38,812 nt of DNA, taken from NCBI GenBank assembly GCA_038062135.1, contig JBBTXT010000012.1, positions 1 through 38,812 of the forward strand, given 5' to 3'. Shown here piece by piece: positions 27,800 to 35,129 of this stretch. The stretch is from Patescibacteria group bacterium (GTDB lineage Bacteria > Patescibacteriota > Minisyncoccia > 2-02-FULL-40-12 > GWA2-44-9). Within the stretch, counting starts at the first letter, position 1. Each line of letters starts with the position of its first letter. A program made the translations under genes and the position numbers. The notes under the pieces were generated by a model that had not been told where the DNA came from, did no database searches, and saw only the letters and a program-made list of their open reading frames with translations.

Positions 27800-28683
27800 G
27801 GTTGGAGTTTTCCAAATCTGTGTGCCCTATAATCAAATATACCGGATAAAATTGCTTGCGAAGCCTCTTTTTTTGAACGGAAGAATGCGATCTTAATTAA
27901 CTGCCCGATGATCAGGATAACCACCCAGAAAGGTAAAAATGTTTTTACGGCGTTGAAACCGTTTACGTGTGCAAATAATAAATTATTTCGCGCGTGGTAA
28001 CGCAAAAGCATTGGGTTGCCGAGTTTTTTAGTAGATGCGGAGCCGGCGTGTTCAATGATCGGTCCCTCCAAAGGTATAATCTGAAACCCCGCCTTTCTTG
28101 CCCGCATGCTAAAATCCGCGTCCTCAAAATAGAGAAAGTATCTTTCATCCCATAAACCGATTTTTTCAACCACCGAGCGATGAAACGCCACGCCTCCACC
28201 AATGGCGTATATATTTCCCGATCGTTTCCTCGCTTCAGCGAGACTGTAGATATGCGGCAAAGTTATTGAGAACCACTTGATTAATCCGGCATATGCGACA
28301 TGATCCCCCTCTTTCAAGGGGATGTTTGCAAGACAGGGCTGGGTTTTAGACAGTTCTTCTAGGAGCCTGGTTACAAAGTCCTGTTTAACCAGCGTATCGT
28401 TGTTTATGAGGGCGATCCATTCGGCGCCGTCAGCCACGGCCTGTTTGATGGCGAGATTATTGCCAGCAGAAAACCCATTATTTTCCGCGCTTGCGATAAA
28501 AGAAATATCCGGCGTTTGCGCGCTTTTGACCCATGATTCCAGAGTATTTTTATCTTCCGATTCCGAGGCATTATCAACCACATACACGCGCACGTCGTGT
28601 TCAAGCTGGTTTTTGAGAGATTCCAGAAGAGCAATCGTGCGTTCTGCGTTATTGTAATTAACCGTTATGAGTGCGAGGCGCAT
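27796..28683 (-). CDS. Glycosyltransferase family 2
   Basis: VDNAS, N.GFSAGNN, INND, FLYFEDADF. Confidence 0.9.
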   Translation of the reverse strand: MRLALITVNYNNAERTIALLESLKNQLEHDVRVYVVDNASESEDKNTLESWVKSAQTPDISFIASAENNGFSAGNNLAIKQAVADGAEWIALINNDTLVKQDFVTRLLEELSKTQPCLANIPLKEGDHVAYAGLIKWFSITLPHIYSLAEARKRSGNIYAIGGGVAFHRSVVEKIGLWDERYFLYFEDADFSMRARKAGFQIIPLEGPIIEHAGSASTKKLGNPMLLRYHARNNLLFAHVNGFNAVKTFLPFWVVILIIGQLIKIAFFRSKKEASQAILSGIFDYRAHRFGKLQP

Positions 28684-28711
28684 GCGCAGTTATTATTTAG
28701 GGGTCCCCATC

Positions 28712-29767
28712 CTAAATTATGTTTTTTATTTCTTTATTAAAATGTTCGCGGGAAAACTTTTCTGCCGTTGCCAACATTGCCGCCTTGTCGTAATTCTCCA
28801 GGTTTTTATTGAGTCGGAAAACCGCTTCAGCAAGCACTTCCGGCCGAGGATCGTTAAAGAACTCACCTGTCACTCCTGCTTGAATTATCTCGGTAGCCCC
28901 TCCTCTTTGGAGCGCCAGTACCGGAACTCCGCTGGCGATAGCTTCTACCGCCGTAAGCCCAAAATCCTCTTCCTGGGGCATAATAAAGGCCTTGGCGTGC
29001 TTATACCAGGTTACCACGGCGCTATCCGGCTGGAAACCTAAAAAGCGGATGTTTTGCTTGGCCTGCTTCTCAAGCTCTGTCCTCATTGGGCCTTCTCCTA
29101 TTATATAAAGCGGGTAACCGAGCTTATTAAACGTTTCAATAGCGACATCAACATTCTTATTCGGATAAAGGCGCGACACAATAAGATAATACGGTTCTTC
29201 AATTGGCCGCGGTTGAACAGAAGCAACATCAAGAGTAAGTGGCGGATAGATAACCTGCGACTCGCGTCCGTAATACTTTTTTATTCTTTGCTGTGCTGTT
29301 TCAGAAATGGCCACGAACTCATCAACCCTGTCTGCGGCATGGCGATCCCAAATGCGCAAAAGATGCTGGCCAATCTTTTTAAATATTCCCTGTTGGTTTT
29401 TAGCATCATCCCAGAGTTGGCGCGCCGGACTGTAGCAATAGCAGATGTGTTTCGTTCGCGGACGCGTAACCACTCCCTTAGCAAAAAACGGCGATGAAGA
29501 AATAACCACATCAAAACCGGACAAATCAAAAGACTCTATCGCAATCGGCATGAATATTGCGAGCTTTGGGTAGATGTTGAATATTCCAGGTACTTTTTGG
29601 AGGAAGCTTTTTTTTATTTCAGCTTCGGGAAGATGAGCTTGAGTAAACTCTTTCTTTGCAAACAGCGTATAGATGGGTGCTTCGGGAAAAGTTTTGTGCA
29701 GTTCAATAAGCACCCGTTCGGCGCCTCCGAGCTGAACCATCCAATCGTGAACGATAGCTATTTTCAT
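28712..29767 (-). CDS. Glycosyltransferase family 4 (mannosyltransferase-like)
   Basis: MKIAIVHDW...GGAERV, EDFGLTAVEAIASG. Confidence 0.92.
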   Translation of the reverse strand: MKIAIVHDWMVQLGGAERVLIELHKTFPEAPIYTLFAKKEFTQAHLPEAEIKKSFLQKVPGIFNIYPKLAIFMPIAIESFDLSGFDVVISSSPFFAKGVVTRPRTKHICYCYSPARQLWDDAKNQQGIFKKIGQHLLRIWDRHAADRVDEFVAISETAQQRIKKYYGRESQVIYPPLTLDVASVQPRPIEEPYYLIVSRLYPNKNVDVAIETFNKLGYPLYIIGEGPMRTELEKQAKQNIRFLGFQPDSAVVTWYKHAKAFIMPQEEDFGLTAVEAIASGVPVLALQRGGATEIIQAGVTGEFFNDPRPEVLAEAVFRLNKNLENYDKAAMLATAEKFSREHFNKEIKNII

Positions 29768-30234
29768 TGCGCAATTAAACCATCAGCAGTTGCACGAGCG
29801 TAGTTAAAGTCTTTGTAATGATTCGCGTATTTAATAATCGCATTAATACTTGCTATCTGAATTACCTCCCCTTGAGGAGTTAACCCAACACCGAAGGTGT
29901 CTTTTGGCCACTGAAACAGGTATTTATCAAAAAACTTTGTGGAAGAATCATTTATTAGGGTAATTTCTACTAATACACCGCCCCATTCGTATGCTCGTTT
30001 GTGAGAAAAATGTTTCTTAGTCACCTCTACGATGCCTGGTTGAGTCTTTATCCATTCTTCAAGAAGTGAGAAGTTTTTTGCGGGATAAATAAAATCTATG
30101 TCTTTATGCTCACGTGGAGGAATAAGAGCGTGTAATTCCTGTGCCCATCCTCCAAAAAGCCATACATTTATACCAGCACTTTTGAGCTGCTCATATACCC
30201 CAAAAAGGAATTCGGAATTATTAGTTGTTCCCAT
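29764..30234 (-). CDS. Nucleotidyltransferase, ANT(2'')/LinA-like family
   Basis: WLFGGWA.......R.HKDIDF motif; start ATG 30234 just after the mreB stop. Confidence 0.72.
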   Translation of the reverse strand: MGTTNNSEFLFGVYEQLKSAGINVWLFGGWAQELHALIPPREHKDIDFIYPAKNFSLLEEWIKTQPGIVEVTKKHFSHKRAYEWGGVLVEITLINDSSTKFFDKYLFQWPKDTFGVGLTPQGEVIQIASINAIIKYANHYKDFNYARATADGLIAQ

Positions 30235-30239
30235 CAGGC

Positions 30240-31244
30240 TTATCTTTTCGCAATAACGTTTTTCTTGTAGACGTCTAAGTTTTCTAAAACAATGCCGGTT
30301 CCGCGGGCTACACAAAAGAGCGGATCATCAGCAATACGGGCAGGTACGCCGGTAACTTTAGTGATGAGCTGGTCTATGTTGCGTAATAACGCTCCGCCGC
30401 CCGAAATTACGATGCCCCGATCCATAATATCCGAGCAAAGCTCCGGCGGGGTTACTTCAAGCACGCTTTTAATAATCTGTATGATTTCGCGCAAGTGTTC
30501 GCCAAGGGCTTCGGTAATTTCGTTAGAGGTAATCTCAACCGTTTTAGGCAGTCCGGTTGCAAGGTCGCGCCCACGGACGCTTATCTTTTCTTCGGCCGCC
30601 TGTTTTACAGCGCTACCAATGTTTATTTTAATGATTTCAGCAGTGCGTTCGCCGATAGCAAGGCCATGCTTCTTTTTAGTGTAGTCAACAATTGCGGCAT
30701 CCAATTTGTTGCCGCCGATGCGCACTGAAGACCACGAAACAATGCCGCCCAAAGAAACAACAGCTAGTTCGGTTGTGCCCCCGCCGATGTTGAGAATCAT
30801 ACTCCCCACCGGATTGTTAATTGGAATCTTTGCGCCGATGGCGGCGAGGACTGGTTCTTTAACAAGGTAAACGGCCTTAGCGCCCGCATCAAGCGTTGAT
30901 TCAATGACCGCGCGTTTTTCGGTTGAAGTAATTCCGGCAGGAACGGAGATTAAAACTTCAGGCTTAAAAAAATCAAATACCCCCGCGCCCTTTCTTATAA
31001 AATACTTAAGCATTGCGCCGGTGACGCGGTAGTCCGCGATGGCGCCGTCCACCAAGGGGCGGGACACAATAATACTATCCGGCGTGCGGCCGATCATCTC
31101 TTTTGCCTCGTTGCCTACCGCGAGGATTTTATTGTCTAAAACGGAGATGGCGACAACCGAAGGCTCATTCAAAATAATCCCCTTTTTCGGGACGAAGACT
31201 ACGGTGTTGGTAGTACCTAAATCAATGCCTATTTTCTTAGCCAT
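30240..31244 (-). CDS. mreB: Rod shape-determining protein MreB
   Basis: IGIDLGT.N, NEPSVVA, IGGGTTE, TPPEL..DI...GI. Confidence 0.96.
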   Translation of the reverse strand: MAKKIGIDLGTTNTVVFVPKKGIILNEPSVVAISVLDNKILAVGNEAKEMIGRTPDSIIVSRPLVDGAIADYRVTGAMLKYFIRKGAGVFDFFKPEVLISVPAGITSTEKRAVIESTLDAGAKAVYLVKEPVLAAIGAKIPINNPVGSMILNIGGGTTELAVVSLGGIVSWSSVRIGGNKLDAAIVDYTKKKHGLAIGERTAEIIKINIGSAVKQAAEEKISVRGRDLATGLPKTVEITSNEITEALGEHLREIIQIIKSVLEVTPPELCSDIMDRGIVISGGGALLRNIDQLITKVTGVPARIADDPLFCVARGTGIVLENLDVYKKNVIAKR

Positions 31245-31305
31245 ACGCTCATAGACTCTAGCCCGAACCTGGATTTTTTACAAGGTAATCTGTATTATGG
31301 ATTAC

Positions 31306-32142
31306 ATGACCAAAGGAACTCGCAGGTTTGCATTCTACATTGCCGTTATTGTTTTCATCGGCGCCACCTATATAGCGATTTTATATGCCCAAGGCTACAA
31401 GTATAGCGCCCAGGAGCACCGCTTCATCAGAACCGGCGCGATTAGCCTGAATGCCAACGCCGACGCTAAGGTGTTTGTGGATGATGAACTTTCCGGAACA
31501 ACCTCGTTTTTAACCAACCGATTTAGTGTAGACGGCCTTCTGCCCGGCCAGTATTCAATTCGCCTTCAGCGCGACAACTACTCAAGCTGGCAAAAAGTCC
31601 CAACGGTGCAAGAGGGGTTTGTAACAGATTTTCCAAAAGTTTTGATTTTGCCTTTAGACGATGAAAACCTTGCCAAGCTCGCTAGCGAGGCGGCCGAAAT
31701 ATTTGCATCCAAGCCTACTCCAACGCCTACCTTAACCGTAAAACCGACCCCTACACCCAAGGCGACAATTAACCCCACCGCAACACCTTCTCCCACTCCA
31801 ACCGAACCTTTTGTTTTGAAAAATAAAGTCCTGACCTGGCAAGAGCAAGGCGGTGAACCGCAGGAATTAGCCAAAAATGTTGCTGGATTCATAGTCTCCG
31901 AAAGCAACAAAAAAATGGCCTGGTGGACATTTAATAACGAACTTTATGTAATGTGGCTTGCCGACACCGACTATCAGCCCGCCAAAAAGAAGGGCGATCG
32001 CGAACTGGTTACCCGCTTTGCAACTAGCATCAATGATATCGCCTGGTTCCGAGGTGATGATCAAGTAATCCTCTCATTCAAAACCGGCTACCGCATCGTA
32101 GAAATCGATACCCGCGGAGGCGTGAATATTATTAAGATCTAA
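31306..32142 (+). CDS. Membrane-anchored PEGA-like domain protein with Pro/Thr linker
   Basis: TM then YAQGY, TGAI, A.VFVD, LLPGQY.I.L....Y..W.K; PT linker; start probably ATG 31306. Confidence 0.8.
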   Translation: MTKGTRRFAFYIAVIVFIGATYIAILYAQGYKYSAQEHRFIRTGAISLNANADAKVFVDDELSGTTSFLTNRFSVDGLLPGQYSIRLQRDNYSSWQKVPTVQEGFVTDFPKVLILPLDDENLAKLASEAAEIFASKPTPTPTLTVKPTPTPKATINPTATPSPTPTEPFVLKNKVLTWQEQGGEPQELAKNVAGFIVSESNKKMAWWTFNNELYVMWLADTDYQPAKKKGDRELVTRFATSINDIAWFRGDDQVILSFKTGYRIVEIDTRGGVNIIKI

Positions 32143-32165
32143 CGGCTGGCTTGACTGACTTGGAC

Positions 32166-32238
32166 GGGGTCCTGCCCCTCCCACCCCATACGTGCTCAAA
32201 AGACTGCGCGCGTATGGGGTCCCCGTGAGGGCCACCCC
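32166..32238 (+). other. Irregular GC-rich hairpin between convergent genes at the island edge
   Basis: GGGGT..GCCCCTC..ACCCCATACGTGC / GCGCGTATGGGGT..GAGGGC.ACCCC. Confidence 0.6.
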
Positions 32239-32260
32239 TATGCGACCATAAAGTATGTTT

Positions 32261-32716
32261 CTAATCCTTCAAGGTGACTGTTAGGGGCGTACTATAAGTC
32301 TCAGTCAAACCCTTACTTTTAGGGTCTAACGCCTTAATGTTAAAGGAGTAGTCCCCTTCCTTCTGTATACCAAGAGCATTTATGTTGACAACAAAACGAT
32401 TACGCAACATACCCGAAGGAATAATCAACTCTTTCGTCATTTTGCTAACTTCCTTATTGTTAGAGTCATTAAAGCTTACTTCTGCAATAAACTTAATTTC
32501 GTTTTCAATAGAGCCCTTATCCCACAAAGTTACTAGTTCAAACTTTATGGGAACGATTTTATAACCTTTTTTATTTTCAGGAAGGCTGTTGAAAAATTCT
32601 CTCTTGATATTCAGTTGATCAGTTATCCCGAATAAGCTAATATTATTACTTTTTTGGTCAGTGCTGGTCCCAGAACAAAGAATAGCCCAACGTAATTTTA
32701 ACTTTTCTTTTAACAT
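32261..32716 (-). CDS. Predicted all-beta hypothetical protein (DUF6941-like by recall), third gene of the TA operon
   Basis: WAILC....D..SNNISLFGI.DQL; alternating beta pattern; EGDYSFNI; 4 nt from the antitoxin stop. Confidence 0.7.
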   Translation of the reverse strand: MLKEKLKLRWAILCSGTSTDQKSNNISLFGITDQLNIKREFFNSLPENKKGYKIVPIKFELVTLWDKGSIENEIKFIAEVSFNDSNNKEVSKMTKELIIPSGMLRNRFVVNINALGIQKEGDYSFNIKALDPKSKGLTETYSTPLTVTLKD

Positions 32717-32720
32717 GTTT

Positions 32721-33143
32721 TTAATGAGTTAAATAATCTGATGATGAGTGAAGCCACGGCACTTCTTGGGAGTTATCAAGTGTTGATAATGCCAGATCAC
32801 TATACGAACTTTCGACAGCGGTATTGTTTACAGTAAGCTTACTATCTAAACAACCTAGTGTAGGGGCTATTGCCTCTGTTTTCAACGCCTTAGAAATTCT
32901 TTCAAACATTGCAAGACTGTCAATCTTGCCACGTTCTATGCGCGCTATATTTGGTTGACTAGTCCCAATAAGATCAGCGAGTTCTTCTTGTGTATAACCC
33001 TTCAAAATACGTGCTTTTGCCACATTGCGACCGGTTTGATATCGTATAGAAGGGTTTTCATATAGCTCACGAAAAGCCTCGTCTTGCATCAATTCTTCGT
33101 GCAACTCTTCTGGTGTTACAAATATTAACTTTTTCTTTTTCAT
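32721..33143 (-). CDS. XRE/HTH antitoxin (HigA-like) with a C-terminal extension of about 45 aa
   Basis: ARILKGYTQEELADLIGTSQPNIARIERG; low-complexity S/T/D/N tail. Confidence 0.85.
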   Translation of the reverse strand: MKKKKLIFVTPEELHEELMQDEAFRELYENPSIRYQTGRNVAKARILKGYTQEELADLIGTSQPNIARIERGKIDSLAMFERISKALKTEAIAPTLGCLDSKLTVNNTAVESSYSDLALSTLDNSQEVPWLHSSSDYLTH

Positions 33144-33149
33144 ATGTTT

Positions 33150-33467
33150 TTATGTTTTCAAATTTTGGATCTCTCTGGCGATATTTTCCGATTTCTTAAA
33201 CTCTCTCTGTTCCTGGTTCAAATCTTTTTTTATGAACACCTTTACGAGGTATACTGTCTCATCCTTGACCGTAGTAACCAATCTGTATCTACCCTGTCTT
33301 GTTTTATAAATATCATCACATGATCTTATGGGTTTTAGACAATGTGGAATTAACTGCTCCCGACTCTGTCCCCGAATATCTTCTATGAGATCTTTAAGAA
33401 GCCTTTGGTTTTTGGCATCCTGACTTATTATAAATTCCGAAGCCTCTTTTAATAATATAACTCTCAT
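33150..33467 (-). CDS. RelE/HigB (Gp49-like) toxin
   Basis: 105 aa; LKPI....IYKTR.GRYRL; YLVKVFIKK...EF..S..IA; toxin-first gene order. Confidence 0.8.
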   Translation of the reverse strand: MRVILLKEASEFIISQDAKNQRLLKDLIEDIRGQSREQLIPHCLKPIRSCDDIYKTRQGRYRLVTTVKDETVYLVKVFIKKDLNQEQREFKKSENIAREIQNLKT

Positions 33468-33489
33468 TTAGCGTATGTGTATCCATAGA

Positions 33490-33528
33490 ATATATCTTAT
33501 ATGATATATCAACGGTTTTAAATGTCAA
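33490..33528 (-). promoter_or_regulatory. TA operon promoter with palindromic operator
   Basis: Minus strand TTGACA-16-TATCAT; ATATATC-N6-GATATAT (33490-33509) overlaps the -10 and start site. Confidence 0.7.
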
Positions 33529-33557
33529 TAGTCCTAATACTTTTATTATACTCTTCT

Positions 33558-33619
33558 CAAAAATAAAAAAGTGCCTGGGAGCGCGACGCGTTCTGTATCG
33601 CGTGCGCTCACCAGGCATC
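33558..33619 (-). terminator. Bulged GC hairpin with T tract (homologous to 19555-19609)
   Basis: Minus strand GAT-GCCTGG-T-GAGCGC-ACGCG..CGCGT-c-GCGCTC-CCAGGC-ACTTTTTTATTTTT. Confidence 0.78.
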
Positions 33620-33621
33620 TC

Positions 33622-33975
33622 TCACTCGAAGGTGGCTCCGTGGCGAGTCAGCTTGAAGACCGAGCCTGTCTTCATCGCTTCCCTGACATCCTGCGCGTGG
33701 ATGATGATCGTCTCGGTCGGGGCTAGCGGATCGTCCGCGGGGGTGACCAAACAGGAGGTGGCGTACTCGTTGACCTTGTTGATCTTGCAGCCCCACACTC
33801 GGTAGCTCATCCCTTTTTCGCCAGGCTTGGCCTTACCGAGGCCGTAACGGAAGCCCTCGTCGTAGGCGGCCTTCTGGGCACCGCCGAGGTCGAAGCGACC
33901 GGTCGTCATGCAACCCGCCAGGAAGCCGAGAACGATCGAAGTGACCACCAGAATGTTCAGAACAGTCTTGTTCAC
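33622..33975 (-). CDS. Small putative lipoprotein (GC-rich mini-cassette 3)
   Basis: 117 aa; GTG start with SD AAGGGGGA; signal peptide ending in lipobox LAGC; YDEGFRYG motif. Confidence 0.78.
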   Translation of the reverse strand: MNKTVLNILVVTSIVLGFLAGCMTTGRFDLGGAQKAAYDEGFRYGLGKAKPGEKGMSYRVWGCKINKVNEYATSCLVTPADDPLAPTETIIIHAQDVREAMKTGSVFKLTRHGATFE

Positions 33976-33996
33976 AACATCCCCCTTGAACTACTG

Positions 33997-34112
33997 CTCG
34001 GTATGTTGCCGAGACATGGGAAAAACAACCTAATATTCAGATTGTCTTTCCAGTATCTCGGAGTTCTTAATGATCTTTCAGTATTATAACATTTATAGTG
34101 TACTTTTGTCAA
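33997..34112 (-). promoter_or_regulatory. Consensus promoter and structured 5' leader of mini-cassette 3
   Basis: TTGACA (34107-34112), 18 nt, TGtTATAAT (34083-34088); leader hairpin 34009-34061 with 4 G-U pairs. Confidence 0.72.
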
Positions 34113-34117
34113 ACAAG

Positions 34118-34143
34118 CAAAAAGCCCCAAAAGGGGCTTTTTG
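34118..34143 (-). terminator. Intrinsic terminator of the ribosomal protein operon
   Basis: CAAAAAGCCCC-aaaa-GGGGCTTTTTG, 14 nt after the rpsI stop. Confidence 0.88.
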
Positions 34144-34157
34144 TAGATTAGTAGGGT

Positions 34158-34781
34158 TTAACGCTTTGACCAGCGGCCCATCTTACGGGCTTTTTTATGG
34201 CCGTACTTGCGGCGCTCTTTGACGCGCGGATCGCGGGTCAGGAGGTTTGATTTCTTGAGCTTCTTTCGGAAATTACCGTCAAATTTTTCAAGGGTGCGGG
34301 CAAGACCGTGGACTACGGCTCTGGCTTGGCCGGCCAAACCGCCGCCACGGACGATAACCGAAGCCTTAAAGCGGTTGAGCGATTTGAGTTTACGGAACGG
34401 AGTTTCAACCTGGGCAATCAAAGCAGAATCCTGGAAGTAGTCCTGATAGTCCTTGCCGTTGATGGTTAAGAGGGCTTTATCGTTTTTGAGTTCGTCGGTT
34501 GATTTGCGGGTTGAGAGACGGACGCGGGCGACGGATTCCTTTCGGCGGCCGACGGCCGGGTAATACTTTTCTTTAGCTCCCGCTTCAGCTTTTTCATCAA
34601 AGCGCTCTTCCGGCGGAGTGTAGTCGTCGCTATCTGCGGTTTCTTGCGGGACAACTGGCTCGGCTAAAACAGTTGGCTTTGCCAACTGTTTGCCTAAAGT
34701 TTCACGTCGCAAAACTTTTAGGGACACAACCTTTTCAATAGCTGGTTCTGGTTTTAATTTTGTTTTCGGCGTTCGGGGCAT
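34158..34781 (-). CDS. rpsI: 30S ribosomal protein S9 with long N-terminal extension
   Basis: GRRKESVARV, GGGLAGQA, LTRDPRVKERRKYG..KARK...WSKR. Confidence 0.96.
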   Translation of the reverse strand: MPRTPKTKLKPEPAIEKVVSLKVLRRETLGKQLAKPTVLAEPVVPQETADSDDYTPPEERFDEKAEAGAKEKYYPAVGRRKESVARVRLSTRKSTDELKNDKALLTINGKDYQDYFQDSALIAQVETPFRKLKSLNRFKASVIVRGGGLAGQARAVVHGLARTLEKFDGNFRKKLKKSNLLTRDPRVKERRKYGHKKARKMGRWSKR

Positions 34782-34783
34782 AA

Positions 34784-35125
34784 TTATTTAAATTTAAGAT
34801 TCTTAATGATAACGTCGCGGGTGCGATTATCCGGAAGCATGCGATACACGGTGTGCCGGATTACTTCTTTTGGATTCTTCTTCCACAACTCTCCAAGGTT
34901 GCGGTTCTTCATACCGCCTGGGTAGCCGGAGTAATGGTGGTATGTTTTCTGTTCCAGCTTGAGACCAGTGAACTTAATCTTATTAATATTTGTTACTTCC
35001 ACGATGATTTGCGGGGTAATGCGGGGCTCGTAGGTAGCCTTATGCTTGCCACGAAGCATGGTCGCAATCCGGCTTGCGAGCCGGCCGAGCGATTGATCAA
35101 TTGCGTCGATTTGAAAAGTTTCCAT
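34784..35125 (-). CDS. rplM: 50S ribosomal protein L13 (short)
   Basis: IDA....LGRLASRIA..LRGKHK..Y.P, HYSGYPGG, MLP.N. Confidence 0.96.
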   Translation of the reverse strand: METFQIDAIDQSLGRLASRIATMLRGKHKATYEPRITPQIIVEVTNINKIKFTGLKLEQKTYHHYSGYPGGMKNRNLGELWKKNPKEVIRHTVYRMLPDNRTRDVIIKNLKFK

Positions 35126-35129
35126 GGTA

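Noticed and set aside
30235-30315. Longer start of the nucleotidyltransferase ORF
   Set aside because: Overlaps the mreB 3' end; ATG 30234 fits better
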